A stretch of DNA of 63,971 nt, the filler included, from Ionaspis alba (lineage: Eukaryota), in NCBI GenBank assembly GCA_964255285.1. It is 3 parts of 3 records of this genome, joined end to end, with 100 filler letters (N's around TTAATTAATTAA, not from the genome) between each part and the next. Parts side by side here need not be neighbours in the genome. Positions count along the whole stretch, not along the records: positions 22,259 to 44,381 come from CAXUUL010000215.1; 2 more parts are not named here. One strand, written 5' to 3'. Below are positions 25,957-37,986 of this stretch, one piece after another. How positions within the stretch are numbered: the first letter of the stretch is position 1; the number at the start of each line of letters is the position of its first letter. The notes under the pieces were generated by a model that did no database searches, was not told the origin of the DNA, and worked only from the letters and a program-made list of their open reading frames with translations. The translations under genes and the position numbers were made by a program.

Positions 25957-27598
25957 TTTGAATTGGAAGGGGTGGAGATGGGGATCAGGAGAGGAATGAG
26001 AGGGGTCAAGCACAATTTATATGCCATTCCCATTTCTCGTAGACATGAATTATGACGCTTATCTCGTCCCATCACAAGGAAGCGCGTGAGGTACGTGACA
26101 GGGGATAGGAGGTGGAGTATGGACAGCAACCTCGATGTATGGGCTGCCTCCGAACGCTCGAGCGAGTCAGGACAGAGCAGGGTATGGAACTGGTAGGCAG
26201 AGAACATAGCGATAACAGGGACGAGAGGAAGAATCCCTCCAGCGAACAACGAGCATCCCTTTCTAGAAAAGCGCATTCCTTGCATGTAGACACCCCCCTC
26301 GGACGATCTGCCCTGGCTGCAGATTGACCGTGACGCCGATGGGGCAAAATGATGTATAGAGCTGCAAGCTTGATCTATCAATGCGAACACAACGCCAATG
26401 AAGGCAGTCATCAGATCGGAAGAGGCTGGAGGAGAACCCATCTCCGCATTAGCCTCTTCTGCTAGGGTGCAGAGAAGCAGCGAAGAAATCGAAGGTTGGA
26501 AGGTGTAGAGGAAATGGAAGCTAAGAACATGATACTTGCCCAATCACGTTCCTGCTACTGATAGACGCATATAACGGGGATGATCAGATAAGTTGCAAAT
26601 AGGCGACGGGAACCCTTACCGAACAGGAAGGTATGGAAGAATTTTAAATGTTGGACATAAAAGCCTCACTGGCCAGTCACTCGAATAGGAGGAAGTTGGG
26701 AGCAGGCACACGACAGCGATGATGCATGTCAGGAACCGTCGCCTGTCTAACGGCGTGCAGGCTTCGGGTGCTCTCTATTGGGCAGCTGGGGCCGAAAGCT
26801 TAGCGGAGTGTGACCCACTAATCGAAAGGACTCGGGGACTCAAACCCACAAAACACCCACTAAGTAAATAGATTGACGGTCCTCGGCCCGTGGTCCTTCA
26901 AAAAGGGTATCTTCAAGGGGTGGAATGATATGTGCCCCTCTTCAAGCGCTTGATGGTATTGACTTGGATGAAATGGTCATCGCCTTTACCCTTCAAGCAT
27001 TTTGAAGTTCGTAAATATCAATCACCGATTCGGTCCCCGTATTGGTGGACCTTCAATCCATGACGCACCGCCTTTTGCGAGAATGCTGGATGACTTTGCT
27101 AGGCCATTGAACCGAAGAAGGTCCTAGATCGAGACTTCAATTGGTTCGCTGTCCGGAGATAATTGAAGGATTATACATTTATGGGAGAGTATCATCGTGG
27201 ACATAATATATAGATAAGATATAGACGCAGGCATTGGTTCAGGCTTGAATGCTCTTTCGGCTTACCTCCCACCTTTCTACATGGGTATCTTATTGCTTCA
27301 CTGCCCTACTCAGATGCTGACCGCTTTACTCACCTCGTTGACCCTCGTGGACTTTACCTGGGATTGATTCTACTCAGTCATACCATGAGAGGCCACTCCG
27401 CTCCACCCTCGTCGTGTTGCGTCTCCTCTCCGTTGGCCCGATTGACCCCTAGCTTCTAGCCCCAGTGAAGTTACTTAGGTATCACGGAAGTATCTGTGAA
27501 TCTACGAGAGGCCTGTCGAACACAAACCGTTACTCTGGTTTACTACATCTGAGCTGCCATCGTCAGTGTTGTTAAACATTGTCTAACGATCTCTTGCT

Positions 27599-28602
27599 AT
27601 GGAAAATGAACAACCGCCTCCGATCTATGTTTCTGCCGTCAACCCTGACCATCCCAATCCTGCTTCAATCGTGTTTCTCCATGGCTATGATGATGATGCG
27701 GAATCATATACTGGTAGTTATCCTTTTCTTTCATGGGAAAATGATTTCTAGTCATTCAATTGTTTGTTTCTATCATTTTTAAAGTCCGCATATATACTCA
27801 TGTCTTACCGCCAAGTATTATTTGCTTGATACACAACAGACATCATCTCAGATTAATATCTAACCTTGCACTCCTGTCCCAATCTTGTTACACATCTCCA
27901 CATCTCCAAGCCAGCAGAATCATTGACTACCCGCTAATAGGCCTGATATCCCACATCCAAACCACCTACTCCTCCCTCTCCCACATCTCCTTCATCCTGC
28001 CCACCGCATCCCTGAACCACGAACTCCGAGCCCGAGCTTGGTACAAGCCCCGGTCATTCTCCGCCATCCCGGCAGGAAGAAGCTCCGCTCCCACCTCAAC
28101 TTCTCCGCAGAGTGAGAACGATGAGGAAGACGAAGAAGACACCCCTAGCCTTCTCCTCACTATCACCAATGTCCGTACCATCCTCTCGACGTCGAAAACA
28201 CCCCTATCGCGGATCATCGTCGCAGGCTTCTCCCAAGGCGGCGCCATAGCTCTACTCCTCGGTCTCGGTCTCGGAACCTCGCCCTCCTCTTCGGAAGCTC
28301 AACCCGATAGAGTCGACACGGTAGCCGGCGTCGCTTGCTTATCAGGCTATCTCCCGCAGACCTCCATCCTCGCTCATCAGATTTCTCACGCTCCTCACTC
28401 GTCAACGCAGTTTTTTGTTGCGCACGGGACAAGGGATGTATTAGTCCCGCGGTGGGTGGCAAGGGAAACGGTCGCGAGGGTAGAGGAAGTGGTTGGGAAG
28501 GAGAGGGTGGAGGAGAGGTGGTATGAGGGGATGAGGCATGTGATTTCGGGGAAGGAAGTGGGAGAGTGGGCGGAGTGGGTCGGGAGGGTTTTGCCGGCCT
28601 GA
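27599..28602 (+). CDS. Phospholipase/carboxylesterase (acyl-protein thioesterase-like alpha/beta hydrolase)
   Basis: Exon 1 gives ...SIVFLHGYDDD. After an intron (~27714-27940): RAWY, VAGFSQGGAIAL (Ser), HGTRDVLVP (Asp), YEGMRHVI (His). Confidence 0.85.
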
Positions 28603-28839
28603 TTGGTCAAAGATCGTAAGATGTCTCAACAACTCAGTACGGGTAGAAGATCAGAAGGTCACTATATCATGGATCTTAAGTTGCAAACAAAGTCTTCATT
28701 GCATGCACGCTCTCTATATGGAAGTGAACAGATTGCCCGGTCTATGAGAAATCGAGGCACGCCAACAAATCACAGGCGCCCTCTTTATGCTCCTCCTCCA
28801 CTCCTTCCTCCGCTGAACGTTTGGTCTGTCAGAAGTGGA

Positions 28840-29829
28840 TCACACTTCATTCAAGGTCGGATATGGGCAGATCGCCGGCTCGTTCTCGTCGAGGAGGAAA
28901 TATTGTCGACTCTCCGTCTTGCCTGCCTCGCCATAATCGCTAATATCCGGGCTGCGTGGCAAAAAGTCGTATTTATCGACAAGACCTCTGACCGTTTTGG
29001 TTGCGGATGCGCGGTTCGCTTCGCTACTGAATAGAGCGTCGAAAAGGTATCGTGGCTGATAGACCAAGCACAGATTGTTCGACTGCCGGGAGAGCCTCTG
29101 CTTATGTGCAGGCGTCAGTACTCCGAAAAATGCTGGGATTCCATCAAAGTGAAAGCACCAGAACTGTGCGTTGGTGTCCTCAGGGACCTCGTCCATGGAA
29201 GGTTTGGGATCAAGCTTCCTCAGACCCTTGAGATAGGCCCAGAACTCCGTGTGGTAATTGTCTACCGAGCGGTCTTGATTTGGAGGAGGCGTCAAGATGA
29301 TGAGGGAAGTATTCTTTCCAAGTTTTAGCGCTTGGTCGTGGTATGAGAGTAGTGCTTTGGCTGATGCTTCCACGTTCCTTGGATCGGGAAGATACTCGGA
29401 GTCCAAGAAGAGGAAGCTCAGTTCGTTTGCTTTGTAGCCTCTTGTTCCGTAGATGCAAGGGAACATTCGATCCTTCGCCGTCAGCTTCGCTCCTAATGCT
29501 TCGTAAGCTTGGCGCTGCCATGTGTCGGTAGCATATTTCGCTTCGACTTGAGGTCTGGGTCTGTCTGTTAGCATTATCCGTATGCCTAACGGGGATTGTT
29601 ACCTGTTCAAAAGCTCAATATGTGTCTCTAAGCCGGATTTTGTGTAGAAGATGGACAGGCTGAAGACAAAAGATTCGGGTATAAGCCGGCCCAATGCTAC
29701 CCATGCCGACTGAAGCTTTATGAGGAGCTGTGCGTAAGTCTGGGAGATAAGCACGCCGAGAAGCAAAGCACAGAGATGAGTGAGAACATCCATTTTGTCT
29801 GCGCACGCGAGTTTAGGTGACATGTTCAT
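28840..29829 (-). CDS. YqcI/YcgG family protein (DcsA/GntA-like putative haem-dependent N-hydroxylase), 2 exons
   Basis: FPCIYG, HTEFWAYL..L..LDP, WCFHFDG.PAF, TPAH..R.SR, YQPRYLFD, YG..GKTESRQYFL. Exon 1 (~29602-29829) joins through a GTAACA...GCTAAC...CAG intron. Confidence 0.8.
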
Positions 29830-31299
29830 AAAGAGAAGTGGAAATGCAGCCTATTTCTGCACCAGTTGCAACGTACTCCAAGGGGAGCGACCAGGTCAAA
29901 GACGTCGAGGGTAGAAGTTAGGGTGAAAGGGTTGAAACTGAGTCTGGAAGTGGAGACCAGCTTTTATAAGATCAGAGTTTGTATCGTGGGTCATCTTCCA
30001 ACAAGTGAAGGGACCACAGCCGAGGACCAAGCTCATTCCGAGCTTGCATGAGGTTCTGCAACTCTGTTGCTCGTCATTCTTACTGGCCGGGATGAAAGAG
30101 TATATTAGCGATCAGATAAGGTCCTTCTTTCGGTGAAGTAAGTCTCGTCATTCACGAGGTATTACAAAAACGAGAACCCAAGGATGGTTCTGTTCAATGC
30201 GCCACATAGAGCTTGAAACATCTCCATCGACCCGTCGGATGCTGGCAGAGCAGTGTAGATCCATATGAGATGGTGAGATTACGCCCAGTCGCATATATAG
30301 GAAATCAAAAACAAGACCGTTGAATGTGTGCATACACCCGGCAAATTGGTAGCCGACGCACGACAAAAGGATTCTCCACTTCTCGAGTCACACACGCCCT
30401 TATCTTTGCTCGATTGGGAACCTTCTTGAAGCAATAAAATACCTGTGAACGCCCGAGGGACTGTGTGATGTGAGACTTGGGAATTCCTCGATACACGGCC
30501 CTCTAGATGTGGACGTATTTAGGCGATTGGATGCGAAGAGCCCTCATACCGTCGCAGAAACTACTTCCGGTTGATCAAGTGTCGGGTTCCAGTGGTTGAT
30601 GTCAACAATAGTCCAAGACCGCGTACGACAAAATCCTCAAAACGTTGGCTGGTCCAATTATACAAAGATTGAGGAGCCGCGAATCGCGGCAATCGTGTCA
30701 CGATCGGCAACAGGATCACGTCTAAGGTAGGCTCTAGTGGCCAAATCGGATAGCAACTTATACAACTCAGAGTTGATATCAAGACTCCATCGAAACAATA
30801 CTGTTCTCGGATACGGTCGCTGCAGAAGAATACCAAGCCGATAAGGAGTCTGGAGAAATATCCGTCACTTAGAACATAACTTTCTGCTTCTTCTCCCATA
30901 TCACAAAGTTGTACAGGCTGTAGACATGTACCGTGTATTACACTGACTGTTTACCGAGACTTGAGCTTCGGTGGGACGTGAGATAGGAGCATTACTTCCG
31001 AGAAAGTCGAGTATCTGTACTTCAGACATGAAGTCGTCCAATCAGTACGACCTGCTGCCGTATCTTTCCGACTTGTTTTGCGATCGCAGTAACTTTTCGC
31101 GGGTGGAGTTTCCCGCGGTTACTGGTATTGTAGCACCAAATTTGAGTCTCAATACTTCCATCAATTGTCTATATTACAACTAAGACCGTGTTGGTGACCA
31201 GCTAGGTTGGCCAAGCGAATATAACAAGAGACCCCTCGGTGCTCGCACGAGGCCCTAGCGCTAAGCGGTGCGAGGCTCTGGACTATGACTTAGTCGTAA

Positions 31300-31509
31300 C
31301 TTCTGACGATCTCCCCGATTTGCATATTGATTGCGGCAAGATTGTCTTAGATTCNNNNNNNNNNNNNNNNNNNNNNNNNNNNNNNNNNNNNNNNNNNNNN
31401 NNNNNNNNNNNNNNNNNNNNNNNNNNNNNNNNNNNNNNNNNNNNNNNNNNNNNNCTTCTGACGATCTCCCCGATTTGCATATTGATTGCGGCAAGATTGT
31501 CTTAGATTC
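31300..31509. other. 100-N gap flanked by an exact 55-bp direct duplication (assembly overlap artefact)
   Basis: 31300-31354 is identical to 31455-31509. Confidence 0.9.
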
Positions 31510-32229
31510 TACAGCCAAGGACAGTATGAGAAGGGATCTGGAAAGCACAGCCACACACTCCACACGGGAGCTGTTGTAGCGCATCGATGAAACCGAACAG
31601 CCAAGGAGCCGTGCGGAGGAGTCAGTCCTTACTGTGAAGATCATGCACGGGCACGGGCACATACTTCGGTCTGCTTAGTGGAAGGATTTTCGAAAGAACA
31701 GGGGCAATACTTATAGTCTAAGTTCACCTGTTCATGCCATTCGTTTCATTTCGCCGTCCCATCCTTCTGAGCCGTCTTGTCCCATGGGTAACACAATATT
31801 GAAGCCGGAATTTGAAACGACCACTGCGAGGAAGTAGACCGAAGGCGACCGTCGCTACTTTGTACGTTAGGAGGCTGCAGATTTCGGGATGGGTTGTTCA
31901 AAGAGCAAGGTATCTGCCAATGGCAGAAACCATGCTTGAGACGCGGCACACACTTGAGAAATCGTTTCTGCCAACCGTTCGTATTTATGTATCGATGAGG
32001 CAGAGTCGTTGATCCTGGAACTGTCTCTGCTGCTTTGATCTTCCATCACTTCCTCATATATGACATATTCGATCACGCGGTTTGCAGAAGGGTTGGTCGG
32101 GCGTAGGTGAGAGCGCATTCAGCCGTTCCACTCCTTTGCAAACTGGATGCCTCATAAATCCTCGTTGGAAGCCTGCTACTCTTCCATGCCCCTCTCCACA
32201 ACAATTCTAGCACAAATCCTCTATAGATC

Positions 32230-33215
32230 ATGTATTCTCTCTCTATCGCCATCGTTCTTCTTGTTCTCAATTTCCTCTCTACTGCATTGTCTCAAATATG
32301 CTATTACCCCGATAGAATGACTGTGGCCCTCTACGATCTACCCTGCCAAAACACCACTTTTTCCACATGCTGTAGGAGCGATTCCTACTGTCTCAGCAAC
32401 GGTCTTTGCTGGGACAAGCTCACTCTCTCGCGCGGCTCCTGTACTGATCGAACATGGAGGTCTAGCGAATGTCCTCAATACTGCGCCAGTGAGTACAATC
32501 GCCAACCATCTCCTTCTTCCCTCTCACCAACCACCCTTTCTTTCACGTGAGAACTCACAAACCTACCTTACGATTCGTTCAGCTGATATCTCTCTCCTTT
32601 GCAGCTCCCATGAGCACCGGTATCCGCGTCTCCGCCTGCGCACTAACCCCGATTCCACTCTTCACCTGCGGCAACGGTGGAGTAGACTCCAATACCTGCC
32701 CGAGAGCCAACTTTTCGCTCGATCCCAGCGTCACCACAGTGATGCTGCGCGATAATGAGCTCTCCAGTCTGGGACTCTCTCCAAGCACAAAGAGCAGCCC
32801 CAGCCCACCCAGCGATTCTGGAGTAAGCGCGGGAAATATCTCTGCATTAGTGGATCTGCAAGCACAGCTGTCACAGCAGAAAGCGGACGATGACAAGAAA
32901 CTTGTGGCTGTAGGTGCGGGTATGGGTGTTCCCCTCGGACTGGCGCTGGTAGTTACGTTAGTGCTTTTGTTTCTCGAGAAGAGGAAGAACGGCCGGTTGC
33001 GCAGGGAGTGGGAACAGGTACCGCGAGGGCCTGAGGCGAGAGACTTGAGTGCTTGGTCCACGGGGTTGGGAAATGGCGCTCCGGCGGCATTTCCATATGC
33101 TGCACGCGTGCACGTTTTGGAGAAGCCAGCTCCTACGGCGGAACTGCCGGGAATTGTCAAACCGCACGAACTGCAGGAAGGAAGAGATGTGAAGGTTGAG
33201 AAAGAGCTGAATTGA
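32230..33215 (+). CDS. Type I membrane protein with a Cys-rich extracellular domain (Mid2-like cell-surface protein)
   Basis: Signal peptide; CYYPD...CC....CLSNGLC...RGSCTDRTWRSSECPQYC; intron ~32489-32604; Ser-rich stalk; TM VGAGMGVPLGLALVVTLVLLFL followed by KRK; cytoplasmic ELP/PHEL motifs. Confidence 0.8.
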
Positions 33216-33784
33216 ACGACGCAAGTACGAACCCGAACGATCTTGGAGGTAAGAGAGTGCGTGAGTCGCATCGGCTTTCTAATTGGCAGGTCAGAAATGA
33301 CGGAATGACGAAGAAAAGGGGATATAGGGTAGCTAGATGATTTGAGAAATATCAGCAGACGGCTAGCAATCCCGCAGTAAAGTGAGGAACATTGGATGGC
33401 GTTGACAGCGAGCAAGGCTCTGCAGCCAATAAGGGTAATTTGTTTGCAGGATGGAACATTATCACGAATTATCACGATAACAGAAGCGGAAAGCAAATTC
33501 TTTTGATGTTCCCATAGTCGCGGCATTAGCGCCTAGATCCTTTACTACATACACCCGTACTTCCAGCCCATGCGACCCCGTATCAGTCGTCAGAGTCAAG
33601 GCGGACAGCAGACATTACTCCTAGATCCTCGAACCCAACACGATCCGAAGACGGCCCAAAACTTGCGTCAGTAGTGGCTGATGATGGCACACCCTTCCAC
33701 GCGTTACGGTAATGCTAAAGGGTTGAGATTCGTCATATCGTCTTAATATCGTACTTGATTGATCCGTGATGAGGAGGATAGGGT

Positions 33785-34980
33785 TCAGTAGACTTTCTTT
33801 TTCTCGTCGATGCTGTATTGGCCGGGTCCCATGTTTACGAGGAGAAGTAGACCACCGCTGTGAGTTTGTTAGGGTGAAACGAGGATGAGAGGGAAAGATG
33901 GAAGGACATACACTATGGAAAGGATCTGGAAGAAATCGTATTTGGCAAAGTCTTTGTGCGGGTGGTGTTCGTGGAGCTATGCTGCGTTAGCGATCTGACG
34001 CCTGGAAGGGAAGACCCTGAACGTACCGTCCAGAAGTTGTTGACAATCAGGTTGAAAATACTTAGTATGACCACCAACATAACAGCGCTGAACTTAGCCT
34101 TGAATCCCACAACAACCATCACACACGCCACGAACCCCAACAAACTCACGACTACCCGACCTATACTCCAATCTCCTGCGAACACGAAGCCCACGAACAG
34201 AAAGATCAGTAGTACTCGGCCCGCCAGCTGGAAGTACATCTTGCGGTCCTTTTCGTCAATCTGTGGTAGACCGGCAGGAGCGAACTTCTTGCGAATCCAG
34301 CTGTCCGAGAGAACCATAAGGAGACCGCCCATAACGCTGAGATTGCGCAGGAAGAAATTTAGATCGAAGATGAGACCATAGCCAAGGGCTTGAATGATGA
34401 CGACACCGAGGAGACCGGCGACGGCTTTGTCGCTCTGTTTGCGAAGGATGACCATTGCCGAACAGGCTATCATGGCGACAACATTGACGAAGAGGAAGAG
34501 ATGGTTGAGGCCGCGGGGAACTGTGGAAGTCCAAGGTCAGTATTTTGAGAAATGGGAAGTTGTTGGAGGAGGCAACTCACAATGCCTGTAGTCGTGGAGG
34601 TAGAGAAGCTGGTCGTTCCATTGCGTAAGAATCCTTACTGCATCCTCGAGGAAAGTGACGACGATCAAAAATCTCCCAATAGCTGGTAGATATCTGCACC
34701 CAATCAGCCCCATGTCCTCGTCGCCACACCCCGCTGCTTCTGCTTTCTCATTCCCTCAGTGACTCGCAGGAAAGAGGACAACATACGGCTTGACAGGCTC
34801 CGACATCGTGTCCAACCAGTCCTCAATCTTACTCGTCTGCTCCCTGATCGCATCTAGCGGACTCGGATCATTGGTCGCCTCCGCCTTCATATTACTATAC
34901 CCAGCGCCAACACCGAATCGATTCTGCTGCGACGCTCCTCCGCCGAGGTTGTAACCGGCCGTTCCTCGGATTTGAGCCAT
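33785..34980 (-). CDS. ERV29: SURF4/Erv29 ER-to-Golgi cargo receptor, multi-exon
   Basis: KPYLPAIGRFLIVVTFLEDA, FFLRNLSVMGGLL, YFQLAGRVLLIFLF, KYDFFQ, and the C-terminal DEKKKVY* dilysine signal. Confidence 0.95.
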
Positions 34981-35541
34981 GGTGAGTGTGGAGGTGTTCG
35001 ACATACAGTGGTGGATTAGCAGGCGTACTGGGACTACTAACCAGTAGTAGTCGTCAGTACTAAGTTAATGGGTATAATATTATATTAAATTAATAAAGGG
35101 AAGGGGAGAGGATGACTGAAGTTGCCTGACCTGAGTAACCCTTCAAAAGAGAGGGGGGAGTGTAGCGGACGAGGAAGGGGGTTTTATTCTGTTGCGAGGG
35201 TGTTGGAGCGGACTCGCATCAGGTTGTGGTGGATTCACAGGTTGCTGCGTGAGTGGTTGCTTGAGGAAGATGTCGCAAGTTGGTATCTTCTCGAGAATAG
35301 GGCTGGTGGAGTAGATTAGGCTTAGACTGGCGGGCACGGACCAGGGATCGCTTGACATAGTGGGTGAAAGGATCTGGTGCTAAGGGTTTTGGGTTGGTTT
35401 GGGAGGTAAATCAAGCTTGTTGGTAGGTTGCAAACATTATTCACAAGCTTCGGTCTGTTGTATTATAGTCTCTTTGCCAATCGGATAGATCAGAGCCTCT
35501 TCTCCACTGCATACCAATTCTTCCCAACTGCCATGTTAGCT

Positions 35542-35641
35542 NNNNNNNNNNNNNNNNNNNNNNNNNNNNNNNNNNNNNNNNNNNNNNNNNNNNNNNNNNN
35601 NNNNNNNNNNNNNNNNNNNNNNNNNNNNNNNNNNNNNNNNN
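35542..35641. other. 100-N scaffold gap (no flanking duplication seen)
   Basis: Run of 100 Ns. Confidence 0.95.
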
Positions 35642-36066
35642 AATCATAGCAAACAATCATCGGTTCTGTTGAAAGCCATCGTACAAATCCAGCAACACAG
35701 GCTCGTAGCCACAAACAAAAAACCATTACAAGTTTTTAGCAAAGCCAAATGCCAGTAGGTCCTCCTCCACGCTATGCTTCGTTCCCGTGACAAAGGAAAA
35801 AGCCAGTATCCAGCACGCATAGCTTCCCCGTATCCGATTGAGAGCAATCCCTAAGCACACTTTGCATCCGAAATGATTGAACACCGTAAAGACAAACAAG
35901 GAGTGGTGATCGAGCACAGGTGGACGATGGTTGGCACTTGGCGTGAGAGGACTAGATCTTTCTTCATCCATCGTTTCCACAACCGAGCAAGTAAAAAGCG
36001 AGACTCTGATAGCCGTAAGCAAGATTCGCCGTGAGCGATTCAAAAGAGAGGCCAAAGAAAGAGTGG

Positions 36067-37986
36067 TCAGGCTTCTGTGTCGGAGATGTCTCCCGTAGAG
36101 TCGTCGGAGTCGGAGTCCTCTGCATCAGAGTCCTCTTCCTCAGACGTATCCTCATCAGACTCCTCTCCATCAGCTGCCTTCCCACCATCACCTGCTTGAT
36201 CGGTGTCCTGCGAACCAGACTCCTCTTCTTTCTCTTCTGCTGCCTCTTCCTTCTCATCGTCTGACTCCCCATATGACACCTTGGCATTCCAAGGATCGTT
36301 AGCAGCAAGCTCTTCCTCTGTTGGTACATAAGCCTGCCCTGGTATGCCTCTATCAATCTTAAAGAAAGTGTAACCGTTCGGCGAAACAAATTTATCTTCA
36401 CCCGGTGGAAAGTCGTAAAGAGCCCATTTCTGCTTCGTGCCATCGCCCCTCGTCGTGTAGTAGTCTTCCGGGTTAGAACTACCACTGCTGTCCTTCGTTT
36501 GCCTAGATGGGGTGTCTGCGTTAGCTGCATGAGTTGTCTGCTTGCTGGGAACGGCCTGTCTCACTGCGGAGTCTCCTGGTTGATGATGGCTGACTGAGGT
36601 TGAACCGGTGGACTTTTTGGAGGATGTGGTGGCGAAGGAGGAGCCGTCGGCGATTGATTTGGAGACGACATTCTTGCTACCGTTGCTCGCTGACTTGTCA
36701 CGCTTCTTGACTTCTTTCCAACCGCTGTCACTGTCCAACTCGCTCAGCATACGCAGCTGCTCCTCTTCAGATGGTAGGTCGTGGTCCCAGCTGGACGTGT
36801 GCGAAGTACTGTTTGTGTGAGGTTTCTTCGTCACGTCTGGTTTGGATTTGGGAGTGTCGTTTGAGTCGCCAAGGAGAGGTGTGCTCGTTTTAGGTATTTG
36901 TGTGGATTGCAAATTCGCACTAGTCCCAGAAAACGGGGGCGACGACGTCTCTACTTTTGTATTCTCATCAAACGTGTCAAGGAGCGGCTCATTGATGTTC
37001 GAAGCAGCATTTTGATCACTAGAAGCTCCGGAAGTCTCTTTAGATGAGCTCGTCCACGCATTCTTAGCTGGAGGCTTGGACACAGGTACCCCGTTCTTTG
37101 CTGGTCTACCTTCTGCCTCTCTGGCAGTACGAAGCTGTTTTTCTAATAAAACACGTCTCTCTTTCTCTGCTTGTTCACGCTCGGCCTTCCGAGCTTCGTT
37201 CTTTGCTCTGTTCTGCCTCTGCTTCTTGCTTTCTGGTTCTTGGACGGGCTTGTTCTGTTTTGGCTTACTGGGACGCTGAGGTTGATTCGACTCCGTCAGG
37301 CGAAGAACAGATGGACCAGGAGCTGGTGCTTCGAGCATATCAGCCACACCAGCATGAGCTGATGAGCCATTCGTGGCACGAAATGGTGGGGAGTTCACAG
37401 GAGATAGATCGTCGTCTCCGTCTGCCCCTGTGGTAGACGAGTTGCCTGACATGGCCTTTACTCCATCGGCAGCCAGATCTTGCTCAGTACTGAAACCATT
37501 GGCCTTACTCTGCTTCTTGGTTCGTACCCTCTGGACATCTTTGGTGGATCCTGTCAGAGATGTACCTGTCTTGACACCGGAGAATTGCTTTGCAAATTCC
37601 TTGTTATCAATCTCTTCTTCCTTGTCCACGCTTGAGGAAGGGCGTCCAGTGGGTACTTCCACAGCAGAGCTTTTCACTTGAGTGCTAGTATCTTTCTTCC
37701 CTCCTTTGCGCTGCTTGATAGTACCGTTACCGTTGCTGTGAATCGAAGTGGATGTCACGTCTCCAACATCGCTTATTGCCTGGTCAGAAGTACCAGAAGC
37801 ATTTTCTTTCTTGCGTTTGGCCTTGTCGCCACCTCTTTTACGAGATACCTGAGGTGCTTCTGTGACTGAAGCTGCTCGTCCACCACGGCCACGCTTGTTC
37901 TTGTGCTGGTTCGTGTAGTACCAATACGCCCCTGCTCCGGCCACCCCAACCACTGCCCAGGATAGGTATGGGCCTAGAACGACCAT
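36067..37986 (-). CDS. Conserved fungal hypothetical protein: N-terminal membrane anchor, disordered K/S-rich body, acidic tail
   Basis: Long open frame with YLSWAVVGVAGAGAYWYY, SSTTGADGDDDLSP, VADMLEAPAPGPSVLRLT, LEKQLRTAREAEGRPAKNG and LPSEEEQLRML. Confidence 0.8.
   Translation of the reverse strand: MVVLGPYLSWAVVGVAGAGAYWYYTNQHKNKRGRGGRAASVTEAPQVSRKRGGDKAKRKKENASGTSDQAISDVGDVTSTSIHSNGNGTIKQRKGGKKDTSTQVKSSAVEVPTGRPSSSVDKEEEIDNKEFAKQFSGVKTGTSLTGSTKDVQRVRTKKQSKANGFSTEQDLAADGVKAMSGNSSTTGADGDDDLSPVNSPPFRATNGSSAHAGVADMLEAPAPGPSVLRLTESNQPQRPSKPKQNKPVQEPESKKQRQNRAKNEARKAEREQAEKERRVLLEKQLRTAREAEGRPAKNGVPVSKPPAKNAWTSSSKETSGASSDQNAASNINEPLLDTFDENTKVETSSPPFSGTSANLQSTQIPKTSTPLLGDSNDTPKSKPDVTKKPHTNSTSHTSSWDHDLPSEEEQLRMLSELDSDSGWKEVKKRDKSASNGSKNVVSKSIADGSSFATTSSKKSTGSTSVSHHQPGDSAVRQAVPSKQTTHAANADTPSRQTKDSSGSSNPEDYYTTRGDGTKQKWALYDFPPGEDKFVSPNGYTFFKIDRGIPGQAYVPTEEELAANDPWNAKVSYGESDDEKEEAAEEKEEESGSQDTDQAGDGGKAADGEESDEDTSEEEDSDAEDSDSDDSTGDISDTEA

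Noticed and set aside
25752..26543. 263-aa minus-strand ORF
   Set aside because: Non-ATG start, overlaps carboxypeptidase exon 1 out of frame, and shows no motifs; probably promoter/UTR.
31300..31509. 55-bp direct repeats as target-site duplications, LTRs or CRISPR-like repeats (also 50468-50677)
   Set aside because: Identical length at two unrelated loci and directly abutting 100-N gaps; best explained as k-mer overlap artefacts.
32579..33526. 315-aa minus-strand ORF
   Set aside because: Largely antisense to the well-supported membrane protein gene; no recognisable motifs.
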